Part shown: positions 1 to 9,072 of the stretch, piece by piece
Position numbering within the stretch: the stretch's first letter is position 1
Layout: each line of letters begins with the position of its first letter
Assembly: GCA_964348115.1 (NCBI GenBank)
Contig: CAYGBY010000001.1
Span: forward strand, 1-58,940
DNA from: an uncultured Pseudomonadales bacterium
Lineage (GTDB): Bacteria; Pseudomonadota; Gammaproteobacteria; Pseudomonadales; Azotimanducaceae
Length of the DNA: 58,940 bases
Direction of reading: 5' to 3'
Notes under the pieces: generated by a model
Database searches by the model: none
What the model was told of the DNA's origin: nothing
Seen by the model: the letters and a program-made list of their open reading frames with translations, nothing else
Program-made: the position numbers and the translations under genes

Positions 1-54
1 GCTTCTACACCACCACGGACGGCAAGGGGGCGGTCTGAGATGTGCAGTGCGCCC

Positions 55-208
55 CAGGGCCATCCCAAAGTCGTCCACCAGCCCTCGGCAAAGCCCGATA
101 TATATAGAAGGTTTATGAATATTTTTCGGAAAATTCCGCAATGTTCTGCGGCATCTAATGGCCTTTCAGCGATTTTCTTTCAAGAGCAAACACCTTGGGA
201 TGGCCTTG
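55..208. mobile_element. MITE-like element, family A, full-length copy (~150 bp)
   Basis: Terminal inverted repeats CAGGGCCATCCCAAAGTC (55-72) and CACCTTGGGATGGCCTTG (191-208). A near-identical copy lies at 46737-46886 and a right-half copy at 8016-8078. Flanked by an imperfect 11-bp direct repeat, GCAGTGCGCCC (44-54) / GCAGCGCACCC (209-219). Confidence 0.7.
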
Positions 209-543
209 GCAGCGCACCCACAAGCGCCCATCCGCTTTGTTGTCGGCTCTTGACGTGTTTTGGGGTTTGTGCAGCAAGTCCGCAAAACTGTTTACTTCCC
301 TGATCGCATACATACAACAATCCCAACTGGTTGGACTTGAAGGCGAAAAATGGCCATCGAGGAAGAGCTGAACACGCTATGCTGGTTGGATCAGCGACCG
401 CGTTCCGAGTCTGGCGCCGGCGGCCTCTTTGCGGGTTTTGCTACACAATTCCCGTATTCTGGATACTCCGGCGGGCCTCCGCCGCGCATCCGGGCGCTTG
501 TGGGGACCTGTTGATGCGGCATCGTCTTGGATAGAGCACTAGC

Positions 544-1362
544 ATGACGTTGGTTTACGTTGGCGTCTGCAGCCATGCGCCCGGCATTACCGGGCGGGCG
601 GAGCGGGCGGATCCCAGCTTGCGGGAACCTTTCTACGCTGCGTTTCGGCGCATGGGGGAGGAGCTTCGCGCCCTGCAGCCGGATGCGCTGGTGGTCATCG
701 CAGCGGAGCACTTCGCCAACTTCTTCATGGACAACATGCCGGCCTACTGCATGGGCATGGCCGATCACTATGAGGGGCCCATAGAGAATTCGGGTTGGCT
801 GGGCATTCCGCCGCAGCGCTTTGCCGGGGCGCCGGGCCTCTCAAGCCGGCTGATCGAGCGCATCATGGAGACGGTGGATCTTGCCTACGCGCAGGAGTGG
901 AAGTTTGACCACGGCATCATGGTGCCCCTGCACTTCCTCACGCCCAAGGGCGATGTGCCCGTAATCCCGGTCAACATCAACTGCCAAGGCCCGCCGCTGA
1001 CGCCTCTGGCGCGCGCCTACGACTTTGGCCGGGCGCTGCGCAAGGCTTGCGACGCCGTGCCGGAACGCATCGCCCTGGTGGGCACCGGCGGCATCTCCCA
1101 CTGGCCGGCCACGCCGGACTCCGGCAAGATCAACGAGGCTTGGGATAGGGACTTCCTAGATCGCTGGCTGGCCAACGACCGTGCCCGGCTCATCGCCTAC
1201 ACGGACGAGGACACCTGGCGAGATGCCGGCCAAGGCGGTTTCGAGATACGCACCTTCATCGCCGCCGCCGGCGCCGCGGAGGGGGCTGCCGGGGAGCTCT
1301 ACTTCTACGCTCCCATCCCCATCTTCGCCGTGGGCTGCACCGTGGCCAAGATGCGCTTGTAG
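544..1362 (+). CDS. class III extradiol ring-cleavage dioxygenase, LigB-family subunit
   Basis: 272-aa ORF. The segments MTLVYVGVCSHAPGI, AAEHFANFF, HGIMVPLHF and GTGGISHW are typical of LigB/MhpB-type dioxygenases. Recognised from memory. Confidence 0.7.
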   Translation: MTLVYVGVCSHAPGITGRAERADPSLREPFYAAFRRMGEELRALQPDALVVIAAEHFANFFMDNMPAYCMGMADHYEGPIENSGWLGIPPQRFAGAPGLSSRLIERIMETVDLAYAQEWKFDHGIMVPLHFLTPKGDVPVIPVNINCQGPPLTPLARAYDFGRALRKACDAVPERIALVGTGGISHWPATPDSGKINEAWDRDFLDRWLANDRARLIAYTDEDTWRDAGQGGFEIRTFIAAAGAAEGAAGELYFYAPIPIFAVGCTVAKMRL

Positions 1363-1416
1363 CGGCGCACTTGCGGCTTAGGGCTTTTTTCGGGAGAACC
1401 CCCGTTGTTGGCCGCC

Positions 1417-1602
1417 GGCTGAGGGCTCTTTATTACGAGGGGAGTCTCGGCTGGCCCTTGGCTGAGGGCTCTGTATTGCGGGGGGACTCCGCTGGCCCCC
1501 GGCTGAAGGCTCTTTATCGCCGGGGTGGCCCCGCTGGCCCCCGGCTGAAGGCTCTTTATCGCGGGGGGTGGCCCCGCTGGCCCCTAGCTAAAGGCTCTAG
1601 CC
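1417..1602. repeat. ~42-bp REP-like tandem repeat array (4 units plus a partial unit)
   Basis: Units start at 1417, 1460, 1501 and 1543 (GGCTGA[AG]GGCTCT[TG]TAT...GGCCCCGCTGGCCCC), with a partial unit at 1586-1602. Each unit carries a GC-rich palindrome (GCCGGGG...CCCCGGC). The array lies between convergent genes and runs into the stop codon of the FAH gene. Confidence 0.85.
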
Positions 1603-2454
1603 TTCGTCTTTGATGGGGTTGCGCAGGGTGCCGATGTGGGGGCAGGCCACTTCCACTAGGTCGCCGGGCGCCAGGTATTGGGGCGGCGTCAAGCGGGCGC
1701 CGGCGCCGGTTGGGGTGCCGGTGGAGATGATGTCGCCAACCTTCAGCCCCATGAAGGTTGAGATGTACGCCACCAAGCGCTCGAACGGGAAGAACAGGTT
1801 GTCTGTGCAGTCATCCTGGCGCAAGGTGCCGTTCACCCGCGTGGTCAGGCGCAGTGCGTTGAAAGCCGGCAGTTCGTCCTTGGTGACCAGCCAAGGGCCG
1901 ATGGCGCCGGACTGCTCGAAGTTCTTGCCTGGGGTGACGTTGAACCTGGAATGCCGCAGCCAGTCCCGAACGGACCCTTCGTTCATCAAGGTCAGGCCGG
2001 CGATGTGGGCGCGGGCTTGGGTTTCCGGGATGCGCCGGCCCGCCCGGCCGATGACCATGGCGATTTCCCCCTCATAGTCCAGTTGGCGGGATTCCGGCGG
2101 ACGCAGCAGGGGCTGCAAGTGCCCGGTTAGGGATTCCTGGGTGCGTATGAAGATGCTCGGGTAGGGCGGGGCGGGGGCTTCGTCCTGGTATTCCGCGTTG
2201 CGGTCGCCATAGTTCACGCCCACGCAGACGATGCGTTGCGCATCGGGCAGTGGCGGCAGGTAGGTGAGCTCCTCCAGCGGAAGGTCCGGCGCGGCGGCTT
2301 CAACCAGTCGGTCAGCCTCTGCTAAGCCGTTGGTGGCCAACAGGGCCTTCAGGCCGCCCCATTGGGGCATCCGCCTGCCGATATCCACCACGCCGCCGTC
2401 AACCACCGCGCCAAAGCTCATCCTGCCGTTGTGCTTGAAGGTCAACAGTCGCAT
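1597..2454 (-). CDS. fumarylacetoacetate hydrolase (FAH) family protein
   Basis: 285-aa ORF. N-terminus MRLLTFKHNG..FGAVVDGGVVD, followed by GVNYGDR, DYEGEIAMVIGR and GDIISTGTPTGAG, which are typical FAH-fold motifs. Confidence 0.85.
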   Translation of the reverse strand: MRLLTFKHNGRMSFGAVVDGGVVDIGRRMPQWGGLKALLATNGLAEADRLVEAAAPDLPLEELTYLPPLPDAQRIVCVGVNYGDRNAEYQDEAPAPPYPSIFIRTQESLTGHLQPLLRPPESRQLDYEGEIAMVIGRAGRRIPETQARAHIAGLTLMNEGSVRDWLRHSRFNVTPGKNFEQSGAIGPWLVTKDELPAFNALRLTTRVNGTLRQDDCTDNLFFPFERLVAYISTFMGLKVGDIISTGTPTGAGARLTPPQYLAPGDLVEVACPHIGTLRNPIKDEG

Positions 2455-2694
2455 GGCTGTGCGCCCTTGATTTCGGCCGGGAAGTATAGCTTAGGGGCGA
2501 GATGGCGATTGGGGCCGCCACATGCGGTGGTTCGCCGGCGTACGGAGGGCGGCCAGGACCTCTCTGGAAAAAACACATTGACGCCTCACGGGAATGGCGC
2601 TCCAGACGGCAAGGCGCGTCATGGTCCGTCCCCTTTTGGGGAAAGGGTCAGATGGGCGCCGGCTGTTGAATAGGCTCGTTTGGCGCGAGGCGGT

Positions 2695-4008
2695 TCAATG
2701 CTTGGCGGGATCTTCTCTCTCTGCGGAGGCGTTGGCGTTCGGCCCGGGCGGGGATCCGGGTTGGTTTGCGGAAGTGTTGACATTCCGAACGGGCGGGGAC
2801 CCTGGTTCGCCCTCGGCCTTCCGCCGGCGCCGCACCAGCAGCCAGAACAGGATGCCGGTGAGGGCCAAAGCCGCAAGCGAGAATCCCGGATTGCGGACGT
2901 AGTGCCCCAAATGGAAGTCCATCGCCAGGAAAAGCCCTTGCGGCAGCAGGGTCGCGCCCGCCCAGGTCGGCACCTTGACCGGCGTCAGCAGCAGCACCGC
3001 GAGCGCCACGAAGCCGGCCCTGCGAACCCGCGGGGAGCGGATGAGCCGGCGCCCCGCCGCGGCCGCCGCGGCGAAGACCAGGAAAACGATCCAGTTCAGG
3101 GGGAACAGGAAGTATAACGACACGCCGAAGGCGTTGGGGACGACCGTCCGCCTCCAGGCTGCGGAAAGGCTGGCGCTGGCCCTCTCCCGCCAGCGGCCCG
3201 CCGCCGACCGGCTCTGGTGGGCCTCGATGCGCCGCCTGATCTCCTCCGGCAGGGGCTCCTCGGGGGCGAAGCGGGCGGCCAGCGCCGGCACGTCCCAAGG
3301 CCGGGCGCCGAACGCCGGATGGGTGACCACCCGCACCGTCGCCCCCGGCAGAAGGGCGGGCAGGGCGCGGTTCTTCAGCAGGAAGAAGGCGCGCCAGTCC
3401 AGTTCCCCCTGCCGCCTCCCGTCCGCGTAGACGTCCAGCCACAGTTGGCAACTTTCCGGGTCTCTCCTGGGCGCCTCCATGTACATGGCCATCACGACCC
3501 TGTTCTGGGGGCCGCTGACCCCGCGCTTTGGCTCCGAAACGTGCCATCTGTGCTTCATCGTCCTCGACGTGCCCCGTTGCGACCAGATGTAGCCGATGTC
3601 GCCCAGAATCCCGTCCAATTCCGCGATCAGGCCCTCCGCCAGATCAGGGCTGGCCTGCGAACGGGAAGGCAGCTCGACGCAAAGTTGGCTTGGGTCCTTC
3701 AGATGGTGGATTGGCGCACAGCCCGCGAGCGCCGCGGCCGAGCACAGCGCCCACGCTGCTGAACACAGGAGCCTGAACGCCGGCCGGCGCAGGGCGCCGA
3801 ACAGCGCATTGGGCCGCGGTGCGGCTCGACCACCGCCAAGGTTCGCAGGCCGTCCGGGGCGTAAAATCGGCTGGCCGCCGCCTCGCTGCTCCCGCCCCGG
3901 CATGGGCGTCCACGCCATCGGGGGCGCGGACGACGCTGCGTCCACGCTTGCGCGCGAAACGGCGACATCCGGCGCACCCATCGCGTCCCTGTTTGGCTGC
4001 GGTTTCAT
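2695..4008 (-). CDS. hypothetical lipoprotein/membrane protein (start uncertain)
   Basis: Longest ORF in a very GC-rich stretch that is full of shadow ORFs. It has an internal lipobox-like signal, RRPAFRLLCSAAWALCSAAALAGC, and C-terminal hydrophobic helices (FGVSLYFLFPLNWIVFLVF, GFVALAVLLLTP, FSLAALALTGILFWLLV). The true start is probably downstream of 4008. Confidence 0.35.
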   Translation of the reverse strand: MKPQPNRDAMGAPDVAVSRASVDAASSAPPMAWTPMPGREQRGGGQPILRPGRPANLGGGRAAPRPNALFGALRRPAFRLLCSAAWALCSAAALAGCAPIHHLKDPSQLCVELPSRSQASPDLAEGLIAELDGILGDIGYIWSQRGTSRTMKHRWHVSEPKRGVSGPQNRVVMAMYMEAPRRDPESCQLWLDVYADGRRQGELDWRAFFLLKNRALPALLPGATVRVVTHPAFGARPWDVPALAARFAPEEPLPEEIRRRIEAHQSRSAAGRWRERASASLSAAWRRTVVPNAFGVSLYFLFPLNWIVFLVFAAAAAAGRRLIRSPRVRRAGFVALAVLLLTPVKVPTWAGATLLPQGLFLAMDFHLGHYVRNPGFSLAALALTGILFWLLVRRRRKAEGEPGSPPVRNVNTSANQPGSPPGPNANASAEREDPAKH

Positions 4009-4063
4009 TCACCCGCCAGTTTCGGGCATCGGGACCGAACGAACAATTGCTGATGGATCACAG

Positions 4064-4315
4064 TTAATCGTCCTGGCACTGGCGCAAGACGCTGCTGGTG
4101 GTCGAGAGGAGTACGGACTCCGTGCCAACATACACGATCTCCTTAACCCGTGCGGCGTCGTTGAGCGCATTGTCCACGGTCTGGAAGACGTACGGTCCTA
4201 GGTTTTCGTTGATCGCGGGGAAAGGCCCTGCCCCCTGCCCCGTCGTGACGACTTCGATCGTGCCATCGGGCTGCACGGCCAATTCCCGACGGGTCTGCGA
4301 ACAGCGCTTGGCCAC
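4064..4315 (-). CDS. hypothetical small protein
   Basis: 83-aa ORF with non-repetitive composition. No recognisable family. Confidence 0.2.
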   Translation of the reverse strand: MAKRCSQTRRELAVQPDGTIEVVTTGQGAGPFPAINENLGPYVFQTVDNALNDAARVKEIVYVGTESVLLSTTSSVLRQCQDD

Positions 4316-4575
4316 CCACGGCTCCGGCTGGCCCGGCAGGTAAGTTCAGCATGTCATTCAATGATGCGCCGGCAAAGGCGTGATGTCGTTACGGAAAAGC
4401 GTACAACCGCTATCCAAATCGGGAACTGTTGGCGGCTCGCGCCACCACATTCAATGCTTGACTGGGCGGGATGGCGCCTATTTGCGGCGGCCGGATTCTT
4501 GGGCTGGTCGCGGCATCGTGCTACCTTTCGCGTTTCGGCTGAGCGAGCGCCTTTGTCCTTGCGGAATGCTGCGCC

Positions 4576-5310
4576 ATGACTGAAGCCTTGCGGCTGGCTT
4601 GGCGGCGCATTGTCGAGGCGCTGCGTGATCTTGCGCCCATCGTCTTGGTCATCGTCTTTTTCCAGGTGGTGGTGCTGCGGCAACCTTTTCCAAACTTGGC
4701 GGAAGTGCTCGCCGGGCTGCTGTGCGTGGTGGCGGGCCTGACCCTCTTCATCCAAGGGCTGGAAATGGGGTTGTTCCCTTTGGGGGAAGCCATGGCCGGG
4801 GCTTTCGCCCGAAAAGGCAGCCTTCTGGCCTTGTTTGCTTTCGCCTTCAGCCTGGGCTTTGGCACCACGGTGGCGGAGCCCGCCCTGATCGCGGTGGCGG
4901 CCGAAGCCGCCGATGTGGCCGCCGAGGCTGGCGCCATCCCGGCCACGGATGCCGCACGGGAGACCTACGCCTTCAACCTGCGCATGGTGGTGGCGGTGTC
5001 CGTAGGGGCGGCCATCATGCTCGGGGTGCTGCGCATCCTCAAGGGCTGGCCGATGCATCTGTTCATCATCTGCGGCTATGTGCTGGTCACGGCCATGACC
5101 GTCTTCGCGCCGGATGAGATCATCGGCGTGGCCTACGATTCCGGCGGCGTCACCACCAGCACCATCACGGTGCCCCTGGTCACGGCGCTGGGCGTTGGGC
5201 TGGCCCACTCCATCCGCGGGCGCAACCCCATGATCGACGGCTTTGGCCTCATCGCCTTCGCCAGCCTCACCCCCATGATCTTCGTGCTGCTGTACGGCAT
5301 GGTGGCCTGA
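4576..5310 (+). CDS. DUF1538-family integral membrane protein (copy 1)
   Basis: 244-aa polytopic ORF with [18 protein letters not shown] and [23 protein letters not shown] motifs. Paralogous to the next ORF, with an ATGA-type overlap at 5310. Confidence 0.7.
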   Translation: MTEALRLAWRRIVEALRDLAPIVLVIVFFQVVVLRQPFPNLAEVLAGLLCVVAGLTLFIQGLEMGLFPLGEAMAGAFARKGSLLALFAFAFSLGFGTTVAEPALIAVAAEAADVAAEAGAIPATDAARETYAFNLRMVVAVSVGAAIMLGVLRILKGWPMHLFIICGYVLVTAMTVFAPDEIIGVAYDSGGVTTSTITVPLVTALGVGLAHSIRGRNPMIDGFGLIAFASLTPMIFVLLYGMVA

Positions 5311-6164
5311 TGGGGGGCTTCCTGAGCCAGCTGCTGGAAACCGCCGCGTCCACGGTCTTCGACGTGCTGCCCATTCTGGCCATCCTGGTGCTGTTCCAGA
5401 CCCTGGTGCTGCGCCGCCGGCTGCCGCACCTTAAGCGGATAGCGGTGGGCTTCACCCTGGTGCTAATCGGCTTGACGCTGTTTCTCATCGGTTTGCAGGA
5501 GGCGCTGTTTCCCATCGGCGAAACCATGGCCCGCCAACTGACCGACCCGGACACCATTGGGGCGCAGCGCCTGGCTGATGGGGTGGACTGGCGGGACTAC
5601 TGGCTGGTCTATGCCTTCGCCTTCGCCATCGGCTTCGCCACCACGGTGGCGGAGCCCTCGCTCATCGCCGTGGCGCTGAAGGCGGAAGCGGTGTCCGCGG
5701 GGGCGGTCAATGCTTGGGGGCTGCGCATCGCGGTGGCTGTGGGGGTGGCCGTGGGCGTGGCGTTGGGCTGCTTCCGCATCGTCACGGGAACGCCCTTGCC
5801 TTGGTACATCATCGCCTCCTACGCCGTGGTCATCTTGCAGACCTTCCGCTCCAGCCGCACCATCATTCCCCTGGCCTATGACAGCGGCGGCGTCACCACC
5901 TCCACGGTCACGGTGCCGGTGGTGGCGGCGCTGGGCCTGGGGCTGGCCGCCACCGTGCCGGGCCGCAGCCCTTTGATAGACGGTTTCGGGTTGATCGCCT
6001 TCGCCAGCGTATTCCCCATCATGTCGGTGCTTGGATACGCTATGATCGCCTCCCGCCTGGACAATCGGCGCAGCGCCGGGGCGGGTTTGCGACCAAGGCG
6101 AAACGGACCAGGGAGCATACGCAGTGAGACTGAAGTTGATCATCGCTTTGGTCAGCAGCGATAG
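5310..6164 (+). CDS. DUF1538-family integral membrane protein (copy 2)
   Basis: 284-aa ORF with the same motif pair (GLTLFLIGLQEALFPIGE; [23 protein letters not shown]). Confidence 0.7.
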   Translation: MGGFLSQLLETAASTVFDVLPILAILVLFQTLVLRRRLPHLKRIAVGFTLVLIGLTLFLIGLQEALFPIGETMARQLTDPDTIGAQRLADGVDWRDYWLVYAFAFAIGFATTVAEPSLIAVALKAEAVSAGAVNAWGLRIAVAVGVAVGVALGCFRIVTGTPLPWYIIASYAVVILQTFRSSRTIIPLAYDSGGVTTSTVTVPVVAALGLGLAATVPGRSPLIDGFGLIAFASVFPIMSVLGYAMIASRLDNRRSAGAGLRPRRNGPGSIRSETEVDHRFGQQR

Positions 6165-6474
6165 GACCGAGCTGGTGATCGACGCCGCCCGCCAAGCCGG
6201 CGCCACCGGCGCCACCGTGATCACCAGCGGACGCGGGGAGGGGCTGAAGCCCGCCAAGACCTTTCTGGGGCTGGATTTGGTCTCCGTCTGCGACTTGGTG
6301 CTGTTTCTGGTGGCGGAGAACCGCGCCCGGAACATTCTTGAGTGCGTCCGCGATGCGGCCCGCATGGAGCAGGAGACCGGCGCCGGCATCGCCTTTCAGT
6401 TGGACATCGAGGACGCCGTAGGGCTTAGCTCGCAAATGCAAACCCTGCTCAGGGAGGTCCAGGAGGCGATATGA
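6124..6474 (+). CDS. P-II family (GlnB-like) signal-transduction protein
   Basis: 116-aa ORF with a GTG start. MRLKLIIALVSSDRTELVIDAARQAGATGATV..GRGEG has P-II-like beta-alpha-beta topology. Its position after a DUF1538 pair is a recurrent neighbourhood. Confidence 0.6.
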   Translation: MRLKLIIALVSSDRTELVIDAARQAGATGATVITSGRGEGLKPAKTFLGLDLVSVCDLVLFLVAENRARNILECVRDAARMEQETGAGIAFQLDIEDAVGLSSQMQTLLREVQEAI

Positions 6475-6875
6475 GCGCAGACGACAAAGCAGGGCTCCGG
6501 GTGGCGGACATCATGTCCAAGGACCTGCACCGCATCGATGGCCTGGCCACCGCGGCGGAGGCCATGACGCTGATGCGCCGGCACAGCATCAGTTCCCTGG
6601 CGGTCAACCGGCGCGATGGGGATGATGAATACGGTCTGCTGGTGGTCGCGGACATCGCCGCCGAGGTGGTGGCGCGCAACCGGGCCCCGGAGCGGGTGAA
6701 TGTCTATGAGATCATGACCAAGCCAGTGCTAACCTTGCCTTCGGACATGCTGGCGCGCTACGCCACCCGCTTGTTGGTGCGCTTGGGCCTGTCCCGCGCC
6801 TTGGTGGTGGACCACAACCGCAACCTGCTGGGCCTAGCCACCCTGCGGGACTTGGTGCTCGGGGAAGCAGGCTGA
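6471..6875 (+). CDS. CBS domain pair protein
   Basis: 134-aa ORF with two CBS-like units (VADIMSKDLHRID...; VYEIMTKPVLTLPSD...LSRALVVD). Overlaps the stop of the preceding gene. Confidence 0.75.
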   Translation: MSADDKAGLRVADIMSKDLHRIDGLATAAEAMTLMRRHSISSLAVNRRDGDDEYGLLVVADIAAEVVARNRAPERVNVYEIMTKPVLTLPSDMLARYATRLLVRLGLSRALVVDHNRNLLGLATLRDLVLGEAG

Positions 6876-6879
6876 ACCC

Positions 6880-7263
6880 ATGCCCCATCTGATCGTCGAA
6901 TACTCCGCCAATCTCGACGAGGACATCCACATCGATGCGCTAATGGGCAAGCTGCGCGATGTCGCGGCAGCCGGCGACGTCTTCCCCTTGGCGGGCATCC
7001 GGGTGCGGGCCGCCCGCCGCGAACGCTGGCTCATTGCGGATGGCGATCCGACGCATGGCTTCGTCCACGTCACCGCCCGCATAGGCGCGGGCCGCGACGA
7101 GGCCACACGTCAGAGCGAAGCGCAGCGGCTGTTCGCGGCGCTGTGCAGCCACTTGGCGCCTGTCCGTGCGGCGCGGGGATTGGGCGTCTCCTTGGAGATG
7201 GTGGAGATCGACCCGGTGGGCAGCCTGAAGCTGAACAACCTGCACGAACGGCTGCGCCAGTGA
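6880..7263 (+). CDS. 5-carboxymethyl-2-hydroxymuconate isomerase-like tautomerase
   Basis: 127-aa ORF starting MPHLIVEYSANL, the characteristic CHMI-family N-terminus. Confidence 0.7.
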   Translation: MPHLIVEYSANLDEDIHIDALMGKLRDVAAAGDVFPLAGIRVRAARRERWLIADGDPTHGFVHVTARIGAGRDEATRQSEAQRLFAALCSHLAPVRAARGLGVSLEMVEIDPVGSLKLNNLHERLRQ

Positions 7264-8000
7264 GGGGCTTGGCTCCTTGCTTGTTGGGGCTGGGGGCGCT
7301 GCGCGGCGCCTTGGCCTTGTTTTTGTTTGGGCTGTTGGCCATGGCGGGCGCTGAAGCGGGTGAGGGGACGCCGGTCGCCGCGCTGGCGGAGGCCGGGCCG
7401 GCTGGTACGCAAGGCAGCGGTCCGACCCATGTGGCTTCAGCGCCTGGGTCGGCGCCGGCCGCCGCCCCCGCAACCGCCTGGGAGCTGATTTCCCCCACCA
7501 CCTTCGATTGGCGCCAAGCCGACCAGCGTCGCGCCATCGCCCAGGATCTATTGGAGCGCCTGCAATTGCTGGCCGCGGTCATCCCGCCGCTGTCCCCCCG
7601 TCGGGAGGCCGAGGTGGTCAACGAAATAGGCGAACTGCAGCGCTTGGGCGGGCAAGCGGATGCGCAGCGGCGCAGCCGGCTGTACATGTCCCGCCACTAT
7701 CAGCACTTCCGCCTGCTGGAGCTGCTGGCGGGAACCCAAGCACATCTGCAATGTGTGCTCAGCGCCGCGCAAGTTGCCGAAGAAATGCGTTGCTGGGGCT
7801 TGGCCAGCGTCAGCTTTGCAGAAGAGGCGAACCTCGATCTGGCGTTGTCCATGCTGCGTCGCGCCCGCCTGATTCCCAAGGATGGGGCTATGCCGGTGAA
7901 GGCGCAGGACCCAGCCGTCTGGTATGGAGAGTATGGCCGCGGCATTCTCAAGCACATTCTGGTGCCCCACCTAGCCACCCAAGCCGCCGCGCCTGAGTAG
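7260..8000 (+). CDS. hypothetical secreted protein
   Basis: The GTG at 7260 overlaps the TGA of the upstream gene (GTGA). Signal-peptide-like N-terminus VRGLAPCLLGLGALRGALALFLFGLLAMAGA. No family recognised. Confidence 0.45.
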   Translation: MRGLAPCLLGLGALRGALALFLFGLLAMAGAEAGEGTPVAALAEAGPAGTQGSGPTHVASAPGSAPAAAPATAWELISPTTFDWRQADQRRAIAQDLLERLQLLAAVIPPLSPRREAEVVNEIGELQRLGGQADAQRRSRLYMSRHYQHFRLLELLAGTQAHLQCVLSAAQVAEEMRCWGLASVSFAEEANLDLALSMLRRARLIPKDGAMPVKAQDPAVWYGEYGRGILKHILVPHLATQAAAPE

Positions 8001-8015
8001 TGCGCTTGCGCATCA

Positions 8016-8078
8016 TTCTGTGGCATCTAATGGCCTTTCAGAAATTTTTTCAGGAGCGAACACTTTAGGATGGACCTG
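8016..8078. mobile_element. MITE family A, right-half fragment
   Basis: Aligns with the right half of 55-208 (GGCATCTAATGGCCTTTCAG...AACACTTTAGGATGGACCTG). Confidence 0.6.
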
Positions 8079-8122
8079 CACTCACTAGGCTCCATTTGCA
8101 GGTGTCGAGCCACTTCGAAGCG

Positions 8123-8225
8123 AGGAACCTCTGAACAAGTTGCGGGCGCCTTTGGGGAGGGCCTAAAGGGTGCGCTTGCGGTGTTGCGGCGCATTTGGGC
8201 TTCCGGGGCTTGTTCGGAGGTTTCT
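8123..8225. mobile_element. MITE family B, short internally deleted copy
   Basis: Termini AGGAACCTCTGAACAAGT (8123-8140) and GCTTGTTCGGAGGTTTCT (8208-8225) are inverted repeats. The core GCGCCTTTGGGGAGGGCCTAAAGGGTGCGC matches the full copy at 42998-43258. Confidence 0.7.
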
Positions 8226-8331
8226 TAAACCGCTGCCCGGGGTTTGGCTGCTCTCCGTCTGCAGTGCGTTCCTGATATGATGGCGCGGCCTCGATGGCTC
8301 CTTTGTTTAAGAATGCGCTGAGCTTGCCAAG

Positions 8332-8895
8332 ATGTTCCCGCAACTCGTTCGGACATTGCGCCCGGGGGCGCTCTGGGCTGTGCTGGCGCTGGCGGGCGTT
8401 GCCGCCACGGCCTCGGAGACGGTTCTGCTGAACAGTTCCCCGGCGCTGGACTGTTACCGGGCCGCTGAGGACGGCGACGCCAGCCCCGCGGACATCGACG
8501 TCTGCACCCTCGCCATCGAGCATCAGATGCTGACGCCGGCGCACCTCGCCGCCACCTACTCCAACCGGGGCATTCTGCACGTCCGCAGCGGCGACTTGGC
8601 GGCTGGGCTGAAGGATCACAACCGCGCCCAGGCCTTGGCGCCGGAGTTGACCAGCGTGTACATCAACCGCTCCAACGCCTTGGTGGCGGCCAAGGACTAC
8701 CGGGCGGCCTTGGCGGACTTGGAGCGGGCCATCGCCAAGCAGGATGTCCTGCTGCCCATCGCCTATTACAACCGGGCGCTGATGTTCAAAACCCTGGGGG
8801 ACCGCGAGGCGGCCCGCGCGGATGCGGAACGCGCCGCCCAACTGGCCCCGGAGAACCCGGACTATCGAGCCTTCGTGCAAGCTCTGACCCCGTGA
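8332..8895 (+). CDS. TPR-repeat protein with signal peptide
   Basis: 187-aa ORF. Signal-like N-terminus ALWAVLALAGVAATAS, then TPR-like units (YSNRGILHVRSGDLAAGLKDHNRAQALAP; YYNRALMFKTLGDREAARADAERAAQLAP). Confidence 0.65.
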   Translation: MFPQLVRTLRPGALWAVLALAGVAATASETVLLNSSPALDCYRAAEDGDASPADIDVCTLAIEHQMLTPAHLAATYSNRGILHVRSGDLAAGLKDHNRAQALAPELTSVYINRSNALVAAKDYRAALADLERAIAKQDVLLPIAYYNRALMFKTLGDREAARADAERAAQLAPENPDYRAFVQALTP

Positions 8896-9072
8896 TCGCA
8901 GCCGTGCGCCCGCCTTTGCCGCCGTGCCTTTGCCTGCCGTCGCGCTTTCTTCACCATTCATGGCCGCGTTTCCGTCGGTCGGCGCTTTCGCCTTTATCAC
9001 TTCGGCCATCTCCGCCATCCGCTTCCTGGCCATGTTCGGACAGCGCAGGCTCCAATCGAGCCGCAGAACGTT

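Noticed and set aside
1-38. Possible 3' end of a plus-strand gene (...FYTTTDGKGAV, stop at 36-38).
   Set aside because: Only 12 codons are visible, so neither the coding status nor the identity can be supported.
1417-1602. Possibility that the tandem repeat array is a small CRISPR array.
   Set aside because: The units are directly adjacent with no unique spacers, and no cas genes are nearby. It is a REP-like tandem repeat instead.
2648-3547. Many long overlapping ORFs on both strands and in several frames across 2.6-4.0 kb (for example 2648-3547, 2975-3430, 3217-3762, 3596-4201).
   Set aside because: They have Arg/Pro/Gly/Ala-rich low-complexity translations typical of shadow ORFs in very GC-rich DNA, and they exclude one another. 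Only the frame with a lipobox and TM helices (2695-4008) was kept, at low confidence.
4354-5208. 284-aa and 308-aa ORFs (4354-5208 and 5463-6389) antisense to the DUF1538 genes.
   Set aside because: They have H/R/G/Q-rich nonsense-like composition. The sense strand encodes clearly recognisable membrane proteins with coupled starts.
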